Part shown: piece by piece, positions 12,520 through 27,438 of the stretch
Numbering within the stretch: position 1 is the first letter of the stretch
Layout of the letters: each line of letters opens with the position of its first letter
Origin: Blastocystis sp. Blastoise
Lineage: Eukaryota > Protista > Bigyra: Opalinata
Length of the DNA: 64,000 nt
NCBI GenBank assembly: GCA_039096225.1
Contig: JBBPEB010000017.1
Coordinates: forward strand, 62,001-126,000
Reading direction: 5' to 3'
Made by a program: the position numbers and the translations under genes
Notes under the pieces: generated by a model
The model's database searches: none
What the model saw: the letters and a program-made list of their open reading frames with translations, nothing else
What the model was told of the DNA's origin: nothing

Positions 12520-13933
12520 TATTCAAGGAAATATTGGAGAACCTTCCGATTCATTGATTCATATGCAATTACTTCATGAGAATAATAATACTCCTTCAAA
12601 TACAACTACATCTACAAGTGTATTAAATATTAATACTCCTTCTTCACCTATTTATTCTAATGTATCAATGATCAATTCTAATATACATACTAATCATAAT
12701 GTGAATGGATCTAATATAAATATTATAAATAATATGAATAACATAAACAATATAAACACTATGAATAATCATAATAATAAGAATCCTAATAATAATAATA
12801 ATAATAATTTGGTTAATAATAATAATAATTTGGTTAATAATAATAATAATAATAATAATCATACCCAAATCTCTGAGGATATGAATTCTTTCAATCAAAT
12901 AATGCCTTTAAATAGATCAAATACTAACAATTATCTCTTATCTTCTTCTCCTTTTATGAGTAATATACAATCTCCATTTATTACACCTAGTAGTCCATTT
13001 TCCCGCGATTATCCTATGTCTACACATAATGCTGTGTCTCTACCCAGTTTTATTTCTGATTCTTCTTTTTATTCTTCTCAATTAATAGCCCCTTATAATG
13101 AAGATAATATGAATATAGATATTTTTAATAATAATAATATTAATAATATTAATAATAATAGTAATATCAATAATATTAGTAATAATAATAATAGCAATAA
13201 TAATAGCAATAATAATAATCATTTGACCTCACGTCCTAATACCGAAGTTCAAACTATAAAATGTTCAAGTATTCTGTTCCATAGTAATCATAAAGAATTA
13301 ACAAATACTAGTACCAATTCTTCATCTTCATATATACGTTCCTCTGGAGTATCGTTACCACCTCTAAGTAATAATAATGGTAATAATAATGGTAATAATA
13401 ATAATAATAATATTAATACTAATACTAATAATAATACTAGTAATAATAATAATAACACTACTACTACTACTACTACTAATAATAATAATAATAATAATAC
13501 TAATACTAATAATAATACTAATAATAATAATAATAGCATTAGTAATAACACTACTACTACTACTAATAATAATAATAATAACACTAATAATAATAACGGT
13601 ATAGCTTCTATTTCTTTTCCAAATATAACTAGTTTACATTCTATATCAGTGTTATCAAACACATCCGGAACACAATCCCCAAAGCATTATACTTCAAATA
13701 GTGTTGCATCATTCACTTCTCCGATCCCTCAACAGATAGATATCGAAACGGATGATTCACTTCTTACCAATGATATGATGATAGCGTCACGTGCTGTACA
13801 ACCATTTGAAGAATCAGAATGTACGAATGATTATATGACTGGATATTATTTATCAGATATAAATAGTAATAATTATGATACAAAATTTAGTGATATTGTA
13901 TATAATTCTAACGATAATATACATATGCTATAA
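6929..13933 (+). CDS. 2334-aa intronless Asn/Ser-rich low-complexity protein, no recognisable domain
   Basis: 7-kb uninterrupted ORF in a very AT-rich genome; first ATG at 6929. It has poly-N tracts, (NNNIS)n at about 10100-10210, (NNKE)n, and many SPSP motifs. Confidence 0.85.
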
Positions 13934-14916
13934 TCTATATTATATACATTATATATATATATTCTTTTTTGTTTTCCTTTTTTTTTCGTTTTCACATGAT
14001 TTATATATATGTATATATAATTATCTTATTGTATTTTTTTTAAATTATTATTTATTAATCAATTATTCTTTAATTTATATATATATTAATTTATTATTTA
14101 TTATAAACATATTATTTTCTAATACACATCATATATACTTTTTTTCTATTGTGTTTTCTCTACATTTTTTTTTGTTTATTTTGTTTTCTATATAATATAT
14201 ATAATATATATAATATATATAATATATATATTTATAATTATTCTTTTTCTCTTTTTATTATTATCATTCGTGTCAATATGTTTTTAAAATATTTTTCTAA
14301 CAAATATATGTATATATATATATTTAAGATATTTTTTTTGTTAAAATATGATTTTTATGTTCTTTTGTGTTTATGTGTATCGTTATGTTAACTACAAAAA
14401 TTACAGAAGTTTTTTTTTATATATATTTTTGTGTTCACATCTTTCTGTTTTCTTTTTTTTTATCCCTTTTTTCAAATCTTTTGTTTATTATATATAAATA
14501 TTTATTTTTTTTACTACATTATTATTATTCTATTAATGAACAGAAATATATATATATATATTTAATAGAAATTAATACTTTAAAGACATCTTATTTAAAA
14601 ACTCTATTCAATAATCTTATTTTTATCGAAATCGTTATCAATTTTGTTTGTATTTTTCAACAATACTTTTTTTTACTATAACATTTATTCAACATAATCT
14701 TTTTGTTTATTATTCAACAAATATTCCATATTTATTCATACACAAAAAAACAAAAACAAAAAATTTAAATATTAGTATATATAGACATAAAACAAAACAA
14801 TTTGACTATATACATACAATGTATAATAAATTCATTGAATATACATATATTCACAAAATAAAAGAATAAAAAACAAATAAATATAGTTTATAAAATCCTA
14901 TAGTTTATCTATCTAT

Positions 14917-15276
14917 CTACATAGAGGGCATGGCCATTCCTGGTTGAAAAGTATTATTTTGTTGATCTTGGAACTTAGCCCATGCTTGATTTAATGCTTC
15001 AAAAACACGCTGCGCAATATATACTTGATCCGCGGGACAACCAGTATTTTTATCGGGATGTACTTTCTATATATATATATATATATACATAAAAATGATT
15101 TGTTTTAATAATAATAGAATTATAGTATAGATATATATAGAATACAAATAATATAGATATATATATACAAGAAGAGCTTTTCTATAAAACAATTTCACTT
15201 TTTCAGGATCTAATACTTGTGTCATCGCCACATCCTTCCAGCCGCTGTTTGCCCACATCACAGTCTGCATCTATAG

Positions 15277-15315
<39 letters not shown>

Positions 15316-15573
15316 ATATAATATATAAATTAAATATATTTAATAATAATAATAATAATAATAATAGTATATATATATATACAGTACAGAGGAGAGTACG
15401 TATATTTTTACGTTCGCCTCCTTGATCGTTTGCCCAAGTGTCCAGTTTCTTCCCTAATTCCTGATGAGCTATATATCTCTCTTCCTGATTCTTTTCTTCT
15501 TCTACTTCTCTCTCTTTCTTCTCAGCTATTGCTTGAATCTGAGCTTCCTTTAATAATAATAATAATAATAATA

Positions 15574-15642
<69 letters not shown>

Positions 15643-15817
15643 TATATACTCTTAATTTTTCTTCTCTTTCTTTCATTGCTTTTACAACATAATCACTTTT
15701 CCCTTCATAATTTGTGCCTGTCATCTTAGATGCTTCTTCATCAATAACAATAGATTTTGATATTTGTTTTACTTTATCACTAACCTCGGCTTTCTCTACT
15801 TGAACACTATATATATA

Positions 15818-15857
<40 letters not shown>

Positions 15858-16827
15858 TATATATACTTTGATGGTTCTACATGCTTATTATTACGAGGAG
15901 TCTATATAATAAGAATAATAAATATATTTAATAACATAATATATATATATATATATATATGACTATATATACATCACCGAAATGAAGAAAATTGTCACTT
16001 TCTGTACTTTCAGTGCTCACGTGCATTGCTGCTTTCTTATTGGATGGAGATGCCATTTCGTCATCGTCACTTGTATCGTCACCATTATCATTTGCATCAT
16101 CACTATATATATATTAATAAATATAATAATAAATATAAAAAAATAATATAATAAATATAATAAATATAATAAATAAAAGAATAAACATAATAAATAAAAG
16201 AATAAACATAATATAATAAATATAATATAATAAATATAATAAATACGCCATAGGTGTAGAAATGAATTCAAAAATAGCGTCGTCATCGGCGGGAGTAGAA
16301 ACTGAAGATTGTCCGTCGTTGGAAGTAGGGGAAACATCCATTTCTGATAAGGGAGAATCTGTTTGTTTAAGAAAATCGTTTGTTTTAATAGAATTAGAGG
16401 GTTCTCGTTCTTGTTCTTGTTGTTCTTCAACGAGTTCAGGTTCTTCTTCATAAATATATTCCGATGTTTCATCTTCATCATTACTTTGAGAATTTGAATA
16501 TACATTTTGAGAATCTTTGGGAATGGAATCGATAAGTGGAGTTCTTTGAGATGGTTTTCCCATTTTATCTATATTAAGAACACTTAAGAAGATACTTCCA
16601 TTATATAAAGGAGCTTTTTGAGCTAAATCTTGAGCATCTAACCAGAGATAACCCTCTTGAAGAGGTAATCGGAAACGTAAGTGATAGTTTCCATAATTTC
16701 TCAGAGGAAAATTATTGACTACATCACCAACAGTGATCCCTGAATCTTTATTGATTACGAAAGCTTCAGGGTGAAGTGGATCACTTCCCATATCTTTTTG
16801 AACATGATAGAATACGTATTGAGGCAT
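14917..16827 (-). CDS. Auxilin-like J-domain protein with an N-terminal DIX/ubiquitin-like domain (7 exons)
   Basis: Spliced C-terminus LDTWA..KNIRTLLCTMQTVMW..W..V....LDPEKVKLFYRKALLKVHPDK..IAQRVFEALNQAW matches the auxilin/GAK-type J domain with HPD. All introns are GT-AG; stop is TAG at 14917-14919. Confidence 0.85.
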
Positions 16828-17461
16828 CTTTTAAACTGAATTACAAAAGAATTAATAAGTTATATAACAAAAAATCATAGAAAGATCAAATTCAATCGAA
16901 GCACAATTTCGATTCTCCTTATTGACTTTTGTAAGGATAATTTTCCACGGAAATATGATATTATATATATTTTTTCGTTTATAGAAATGAATATCTTATT
17001 TGATAATGGTTTACAATGATTTTCATAGTCTAGAGTCATAGTTTGAATGAATATAAGATCAAGAAATATGTTATGAAAAGAAGATTGACTCTTATTGACT
17101 TGTATAACGTTTATATATTAAAATAAATGAAATTATAATAATATAACAATGATGCTGAGAAAGATTTGCTATAGCAAAACAATGAAAAATAAATAAAAAG
17201 TGAATTTCTTTTAAAAATATGGTTGATTGACAAACAAGATGTATACAAATACAATATAGTATTATTTAGAGCATGAAATGAATATCTAAGAGAAAAAAAT
17301 AGAAAAGCATATTAAAATATTGAGTACATATAAAACAGTAATTATAAAGAGAGTAATGAATTATTAAATAATATATATATATATAAATTGGAAGAGAGGG
17401 AATCGTTGAATATAAAGAGAATGATAGTTGAGAAGGTATATAAAACTCTATTTCTGTATAT

Positions 17462-17576
17462 TTACTTGGTTCCCCATTGTAAATAATCATCAGTATTAGC
17501 GGCATTATATTCATCTATTAAACCTTTTACATTCTCTCTATATATTATATATATAGATTATAATAATAATAATAAT

Positions 17577-17616
<40 letters not shown>

Positions 17617-19916
17617 TATACTCGCAAGCCATGAAATCATCAACAGAAACACCATAATCGGTATAAGAGGTTAAAAACCCCTTTCTATTAAATAACTTTC
17701 GATATCTTGTGAGATTGTCATCAAATAATTTAGCAACACCTGTATTATTAGCTAACATTAATCCAGTCACTTTATTAGGATATTTCAAATAAGGACTTCT
17801 TTTACTAAGAGCAATCTATATATATATATATAATATATATATATATATGATATTAAATTATATAAGATAAAGAACAAATAAATACTAACAACAAATAAAT
17901 AAAAAATAAAAAATAAACACTACAATAAATAAATAATAATAAAAATAAATAAATACTTGAATATTGGCGGGTCCCCAAGTGATGAATTTGATTGGTGGGT
18001 TGCTTCTAATTCTTTGTAATGATTTGTGGATTTCAATTGGGTCAACTGCTCCTTGAATAATATTAAGAACAGAAATATAGCAAGAATCTTTTAAGTTACA
18101 ACTAACCATCATATTTTGTTGTTGAAGTAAACGTCTCATAACGTCACTAACGGATGTTTTACGAATAGAAGAAGTCTTTAAAGATAGGGAATAATGTATG
18201 AAATATCGAAGATATATATATATGTATAAAGTGAAATATAGAATAAAAATAAAATGTTTTTACATTATTGAGTAAAATAATAATAATAATAATAATAATA
18301 ATATATATATATATATATACTTGATCTTCATAAGATATAGGTGTATATCCAGAAATAAGAAAGTGACAACGTGGAGTAGGAACAAGAGACGCAATCATGC
18401 CCATAAGGTCATTATTCATATATCTATAGGGATAGATATATGTATATATAATAATAATAATAATAATAAGTATAATATATAATAATATATATAACGGATA
18501 CCCTGGATAACGAAGAGTAGCAGTACTGGTGGCCATAACAGTACTTACAAAGCTATTTAATGTCTCCATCGTTGGATTCTCGGCTTTCAGCTTTTCAGTA
18601 GCAATTCTACTTAACGCAGCATTATCAATAATAACAGTACTATCGGCATAATTAATAAGACGCGTTTGAGTTAATAAACTGTTATAAGGAGATACTACAA
18701 TATCACTATTCTGAAGCTTATTCTATATATATATATATATAATTCATTCAATCATAATAAATAATAAATAATAAATAATAAATAATAAATAATAAATAAT
18801 AAATAATAAATAATAAATAATAAATAATAAATAATAAATAATAAATAATAAATAATAAATAATAAATAATAAATAATAAATAATAAATAATAAATAATAA
18901 ATAATAAATAATAAATAATAAATAATAAATAATAAATAATAAATAATTATTATAAATACAAAAATAAAAATGAATAATAAAATAATTTATATATAACAAT
19001 ACAATAAAATAAAAATATATACTTCCTGAGGGAATACCGAGTATGTTTGAATTAACTTTTTCGGGAAATTATCATTTAGATTTTCTAATACATACGAGCC
19101 CATACCTGAACCAGTACCACCAGAAATAGAATGAGTAAGAAGAAAACCCTATATATATATGTATAGTTATATAATTACATATAGTTATATAATTACATAT
19201 AGTTATATAATCACATATAGTTATATAATTATCATTCAAATTAAAAAGAAAAATAGAATAAATAGTATATTTTTAATAATTAAATTATTTTATATATAAA
19301 AAATAATAAAAATATTCATATTCATATATTTTTCATAATATAAACAATTATATATATATATATATATATACTTCAAAATTATCACTTCCTTCGACTTCTC
19401 TATTAATCATATCAAAAAGGTCATCGTGATTGTGATTTGCAATGTTATAACCAAATGTCCAATTGTTACCACTACCACTCTCAGTTTTATCGACAAAACT
19501 ATATAGATATATAATATAATGCTGATTAACATGATGTCAAGAATAAATATATCAAAAAACTAAATATAATAATGAAATAAAACTGTCTTAACTATAATTA
19601 TGTCATACAAATTTTCAGGATTGTAAAGGTTTCCATATTCACTTTTTTTAATTCTATTCACAACACCAGGTTCAGTATCTAACAATAAAGCTCTAGGAAC
19701 ATAATGATTATCATCAGCTTGATAGAAGAAAACATCTTTTCTATCATTTCCTTGAGTAGCAAAGTCTTGAACAACACCTTCACTATCAAGACCATGCTCT
19801 TCACATAATCGTTTCCAGAATTCAAAGCCAACTAATCGTTAATAATAAATAATAAAAAAATATATACTTTGATTACCACATTGACCGATTTGTAATGTAA
19901 CAATTTCACGAGGCAT
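17462..19916 (-). CDS. TUBG1: Gamma-tubulin (9 exons)
   Basis: [57 protein letters not shown] and [14 protein letters not shown] are gamma-tubulin-specific motifs. The spliced frame is continuous to TAA at 17462. Confidence 0.97.
18754..18946. repeat. (AATAAAT)n heptamer tandem repeat in a gamma-tubulin intron
   Basis: About 27 near-perfect 7-bp units; explains the spurious ORF 18748..18999. Confidence 0.9.
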
Positions 19917-20631
19917 CTTGCTATATACTGAAATTCAATAATTAATGTGACAAAAAATGAATAATTACTCTAATCTCTTTAGAAATGTTAATTCTTTTTT
20001 AAATATAAAAACTACATAAATGGAATTTCCCGTGGGGACTTTCAGAAATATACTTAAATAAGTTTTTTATTCGCGAATCATCATGATATTACTTTTGTTT
20101 GATTTTTCTATTCAATTAGGCATGCATTCTATGTAATATATCACTTCCTTTAATAGTTCATAAGTTCATATAATTTATCATTATTCAATGAGAGTGTTTT
20201 ATAACTACTGATGTGATTATGATGAGTAATCTTAGCTATTTTATGTCTTTATTGATTCTCATGAATATCATAATTCTTTTATGAAATCATTATTCATTAT
20301 TTGTTGCCAAACTATGTCTTCGTTGTTGTTGGTTTCTCATTTCTCTGTTATATGAGATATTTGGAAGTTTAATATATGTTTAAGCTATTCAACTATATTT
20401 TCTCATTGCTCTAATTAAGATTCCAATGTTTTTCTATACGTATCAATATTCCATTGCCTGTTGTAATGTGCTATTAACCTTTCTTTCTTATATTTACAAA
20501 ATTAGTAAATGATGAATACTTCATTGTAAACAACCTTATTGCAAAATTAATATTTATAAATTTCGAAAAATGGTAAATTTACGAAAATATTTTTCTTTTA
20601 TACAAGAATCTTTTTGCATCTGTTTAAGAAA

Positions 20632-22262
<1,631 letters not shown>

Positions 22263-22480
22263 TAAATGCTATGTTTTTTATATTTATATTAATTTCTCAT
22301 TTTTTAAATAAGTTATATTAATTTATGTTATTTATTAATTATTATTTATAAGCAATGGTTATTGCTCAGTACGTTAGAGAACTGTAGAAACACAACAAAA
22401 AACAAATTAAAGAAATAAATATTATCTTTTTATTAATAATATAAAGAAAAAATTTAAATATATATTCATCTTATAAATGA

Positions 22481-23176
22481 TTAATAACTATAATCATCAG
22501 TATCATTACTACTACTATTACTACTACTACTACTACTACTACTATATTCATCTTCATAATCAGAAGAATCTGACGATATTATGCTTTCAGAATCAGAACT
22601 ATCGCTACTTCCAGTACTAGTTGAATCACTATCTATCGAATCTCCTAAATAGGAAGAAATAAAATGATGTTTCTTTGTAGAATGAGAAGTAGATTTTGTG
22701 TCTATAGATTGCTTATTATCTTGTTTCAAATGTTTATTTTCTTTCTTTTCTCGTTTCTCTTCTCTCTTCTTCTTTCGTTCTTCCTTTCTCTTCTTTTTCT
22801 CTTCTTTTCTCTTTCTTTCTAATTCTTCTCTTTCTTCTGGTGTCATTCTCATTTTTATTTCTTTCTGTAGTTTCTGTTGATCCAATATTCGTTGTAATGA
22901 TTCTTCTGCTGTTTCCTCAGGACGATTCAAATAACTATATAGTATAATATACATATTTTTAAATAGAATATACGTATATAATAGGAATTAACATACTTAT
23001 GAAAAAAATAATTATATATAGAATAAATTTACTAATCGTATAAATAATAAAATCGAAATAATAAATGTATATATAGATATATATACTTTTGTAGCATGGA
23101 TTCTTCTTGTGCTTTTTTCTTTTGATATATCGGTTTATATTCTTCTAATGTGATCGTTTTAGGGACTTTGTCATTT

Positions 23177-23223
<47 letters not shown>

Positions 23224-24029
23224 ACATATATATATAATAACATATATATATACATTTAAAATATCTAGTCTCATAGATAATTCCATTTCAGAATAATTCT
23301 AAAAAGTAAATTTATAAAAGTAATTTATAGAGTATATATTAAATACAATGGATAAATTTTTAATATATATAATTATTTTTATTATATCAATATATATAAT
23401 ATAAATAAGAATACTTTGTCCATATTCATATCAAAAACAGTATTCATTCTATTCACAAGTGCAGCTATAAATAATAATTAAAAAAATAAATTCTATACAT
23501 TTAATAGAATATATATATAAATGAATCCATAATAAATATCATCTAGACACAAATAATACAAAAAAAAAATATTTATACTGTATATATAAATACATACATA
23601 AAAAAAAACATAAATAAATAATATATTCATACTACGACTTAATTTAACATCATTTTTAGGTACTGAAGGAAGACTCTTTGCAAATTGGATTCCATCTTGT
23701 TTATTTTGTTGCGATTGTGAAGGATTTCGATTAGTTGCAGATGCAATTGAAGAAACAGGTATTGGAAATTTTGTGATTGGATCAATGGTAGTCACTGTTT
23801 TGGAGACATTCTGTTTAGCTAAAGTTGTTAAACTGGTAATTTTACTTTGAACGAAGTTAATTTTTTCTTTTAATAACACTTTATAATTCTCATCTTTACA
23901 TAAGGAAATTAATTTTGATAGTTGTACGTGACACAGATGATAACTTCTTAAAGCTTCTCGATAACTTCCTGTAGATTCTTGAAAAGAAGCGTCATTCAAT
24001 AATTTATTAACGTAATTGACAGCTTCCAT
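22481..24029 (-). CDS. Hypothetical protein with an N-terminal MIT-like three-helix domain, a K/E-rich coil and an acidic Ser-rich tail (5 exons)
   Basis: MEAVNYVNKLLNDASFQESTGSYREALRSYHLC..LKEKINFVQSKI resembles a MIT domain. Exons join in frame; intron 23253-23173 has a non-canonical 3' end. Confidence 0.65.
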
Positions 24030-24425
24030 AATCGATTACTATTCTAGATACTTTCTAAATTAATTAAATATAGGTATTAGCAACAGTTAGTGCAATTAAT
24101 GTGAATATACAAAAAATACTTTTTTTGGAGTATCTTGTACTGAATTGTTTTCAGCATTTTTCTGGTTTTTTTTCCAGTGTTTCTTCCCTTCGATTTCCAA
24201 ATTGAATAACTGACTATATTTTTTTATATACCGTGAATATCCAAATAATTCCGACTCAAATATTCATTTTAATCATAAAAGTAAAGGAACAAAAAAATGT
24301 CTTTAAAAGAAAACTGACTTTTTTTCTGTCTTATTGTTTAAATGACATAATTTATTTATTATATGTTTTCAAATTCATACATAGATCTAGCTAGGATTAT
24401 TCGTCATTTTCTATAGATAAAAAAT

Positions 24426-25388
24426 ATGTCTTTAATGTCAATTACAATGTCGATGTTGCCAACAGTGACAACTGTGGCTCCTCTTGTATTTAAATCACTT
24501 CAGATGGCTCCAACTATTATCAAGAATGTATCTACATTCACATCTACTACTATGCCACGATTCACAAAAGGATTGTATCAACGTGTTTCTGGGAATACAA
24601 CATCAACTCTTATGAACACTGAGTTATCCCAACAATTCTCTGGAATACCTGGTCCTCTACTGATTCAATCAAAGGATTCTTCTATTCATAACAATGCTTC
24701 GTCAGAAATTCATTCTGAAGAAGTGTTAACATCTTCAAAAATCATTAATAATCCAATATATCGTATCGAACTCATTAATAAATTGAGATTAATGACTCCT
24801 ACAGAACGATATAAGTATATAATTTCTATTACACAAACAGGTCTTGATAATATTGTACTTATTCTGGATATACTGAATACATTTGGTTATATACCTTCTA
24901 CTCCTTCTTCTCCTTCTTCTTCAGCCACTATACGTCAATATCTAAATAAATCAAATACAATTATATCTTCATTCAATAAGAATATCTCAAAAACAGTACA
25001 AAATAACATGAATAAACTAAAAGAGATTTCATTATATTCTATATTCCCTTCTTCTCTCTCTACTTCTTCTACCACTACTGGTTTTATAAATACATCAAGA
25101 CAATATATTAATTTCTTAAATATATTTAATCAGAATAAACAAGTAATTAAACGAAGCACATCAGTGTTTTCATCATTACTAAAGAATCAAAAGAAACCAT
25201 CTTTCTCAAATAACAAAAATTCATCATCATCTTCTTCTTCTAGGCCATTCTCAAAGAAATCTAATCCTTTTATTTCTCAAGGAAAATCTACAGGTTCTTC
25301 TCCTTCTCCTTTTCATAGCAGTTACAAAACATTCCCTGATGGTCCTGGAAAAGAATATAATTGGAAAAACGATAAAAATAATTATTAA
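24426..25388 (+). CDS. 320-aa intronless Ser/Thr/Asn-rich hypothetical protein
   Basis: Long ATG-initiated ORF with coding-like composition, divergent from the MIT-like gene. Confidence 0.7.
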   Translation: MSLMSITMSMLPTVTTVAPLVFKSLQMAPTIIKNVSTFTSTTMPRFTKGLYQRVSGNTTSTLMNTELSQQFSGIPGPLLIQSKDSSIHNNASSEIHSEEVLTSSKIINNPIYRIELINKLRLMTPTERYKYIISITQTGLDNIVLILDILNTFGYIPSTPSSPSSSATIRQYLNKSNTIISSFNKNISKTVQNNMNKLKEISLYSIFPSSLSTSSTTTGFINTSRQYINFLNIFNQNKQVIKRSTSVFSSLLKNQKKPSFSNNKNSSSSSSSRPFSKKSNPFISQGKSTGSSPSPFHSSYKTFPDGPGKEYNWKNDKNNY

Positions 25389-26078
25389 ATGATAATCATT
25401 ATTATTTTTGTTTATCCTGTTTTTTTTTCTATTTTATTTTTTTTTTAGAATATAAAATTATTCTCTTTCTTGTCTTTTTTATTATACTCATAAAGCTTTC
25501 TTTAATATATTTGCGTTAATATGTTCATAGTTGTAGTTAAAGTATTTATATATATATAAACTACTATAAAGTGAATTCCTTTGTAATATATACTGTATTT
25601 TTCTTCTGATTGAGATTCTGCAGTTGATATATATAACATATTGTCTATATTTTTTTAATACCCATTAAAAAACTAATTTTTTTTTATTTTTAAAATTTTT
25701 AAAATTTTTAAAATTTTATTACATACAATATATTTTTCTAGATTCTTTTATCCTCGATAATTATCAAATAATTATCAAATAATCAATTAATAATCAATTA
25801 TGTTTACAGCAAGAGTAGAATACATTATAGGATACATCTTCAGAATAATTATCCTTTTTCAATATACTAGTTTTAATGATCTCCTCCTTATTTATAATTT
25901 ATTGAATTCAGCTTTTTTATTTTCCTATAAAAAATTATTTTTAATACGAAACAAACTCGAATAATATCAAATTAAACCACTAACACAACTGAAAGAAAAC
26001 AAATTCTTAAAAAAACAATTTTTTAATGATATGTAGTATCTTATCTTATCGCTTTTATGATTGAGAATACTAAATTCA

Positions 26079-26220
26079 GGGATAATTTATGCTCAGCATA
26101 GTATGACGAAAAAATTCATGCTCAGCATAGTATGGCCAATAGGCTACCCGCCTATTGGCCTGGTCTACTATGCATACTCTAAAGAAAACACCTTCTACTA
26201 TGCTGAGTGTGAATTACGCC
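26079..26220. mobile_element. 142-bp MITE with 9-bp target-site duplication (Mutator-like, non-autonomous)
   Basis: Flanked by an exact direct repeat CTAAATTCA (26070-26078 and 26221-26229). Imperfect TIRs are GGGATAATTTATGCTCAGCATAGTA and GGCGTAATTCACACTCAGCATAGTA (20/25). It has a duplicated subterminal ATGCTCAGCATAGTATG and a central 11-bp hairpin GGCCAATAGGC/GCCTATTGGCC. Confidence 0.85.
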
Positions 26221-26416
26221 CTAAATTCACATATACAACTGGAAATACTTATATAAAGTTGAAAATCTAAAAAAAAATACGAATCATGAGATTTCTCAAA
26301 TATGACTTAGAATACTAATAATAAATGTGAGAATATCTAATGCAAAAAATCTTTTTAATGAATTTTTATTTTCTCAAAAAGGTGTTTTATATACACTTTA
26401 TTTGCAATATTTAATT

Positions 26417-27438
26417 ATGGATACAATATTGAATTCAAGTAGAACAGGAAACATAGGTGAAGTTCGTCAAGAAGTATTAGACTTTTTACATGATTACAAT
26501 CTTACAGATACAATATGCAAATGTGCTCAAAATATATATGAGTTTGATATAGATAAGTTGCAAACAACGTTTGAAAAGAAGAATACGTATCCATTAGGGT
26601 CATTACAAACGACTCTTTGTAATTTCTGTAAGCAACCATTGATAGAAAAGCACAATTCAAAGAATACAAGAGTTCTACTTTTTGGATGTGGCCATTTAGT
26701 TCATGAAGGATGCTCTAAAGATAATCGATGTCCTATGGATGACTGTCAAAATGAGCAACCTCTTGATCATCTTATTGAATTATGTTCTTATGACATCAAT
26801 CAATCTGAAATCAAAGCTGTATATTTTTGATTATTGTTTATGAATATATATTTACTATTGTTTATGAATATATTTTTTATTATTGTTTATGAATATATAT
26901 TTATTATTGTTTATGAATATATATTTATAATCATTATGAAACGAAACTGTTTTTCATTTTTCTTATTTAAAATATATATTTAGGTAGCTGAAAAGAATAA
27001 AGTAGATCATTTATGTGATGTAGATAAAATGGTATATATATATATAAATTAGTATATTCTCTTCATTAATAAGAAAAAAAAAATTATACTAAAGAAAAAA
27101 AAATATTTTTTTATTTTTTTTAGGAAGAATCAGTTCGTAAATTGAATGAAGAAGATACAGTGATAGATACAAGTATGTTACGTGTTCCTGCTCCTCAACC
27201 TCCTACATCAATTAAACGAAAATGGTTAATACAGGCAGTTCGACTTGGACAAACTATTGAAAATACTATTCATTTTGGCTCTCAAGAAGAAGAAGAAGAA
27301 GAAGAAGAAAAAGAAGAAGAAGAAGAAAAAGAAGAAAAAGAAGAAATGACAAGTGAAACTTCAAATAGAAATGATATAGAAGAACAAAAATCAATTCATT
27401 CTTCTACGTCTACTATAAATATATCAAATGCTTTATAA
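26417..27438 (+). CDS. RING-H2 protein resembling the C-terminus of VPS8 (CORVET subunit), 3 exons
   Basis: CNFC..LLFGCGHLVHEGC..CPMDDC RING-H2. The preceding GNIGEVRQEVLDFLHDYNLTDTI..NIYEFDI resembles the pre-RING helices of Vps8 as I recall them. GT-AG introns join to ORF 27142..27438. The start is uncertain. Confidence 0.65.

Noticed and set aside
13875-14869. Hydrophobic I/Y/F/L ORFs in intergenic and intronic AT repeats (also about 42300-42580, 46550-47190, 52460-53280)
   Set aside because: They are translations of (TA)n/(TAT)n microsatellites inside introns or 3' flanks.
18425-18501. Possible U12-type intron in gamma-tubulin (donor GTATCCGTT)
   Set aside because: Mismatch to the GTATCCTT consensus and no clear TCCTTAAC branch point; it fits the ordinary GTAT..TAG class.
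26061-26270. 69-aa ORF, or a CRISPR-like repeat pair ATGCTCAGCATAGTATG
   Set aside because: Fully explained by the MITE termini; only two copies, in a eukaryotic context with no cas genes.
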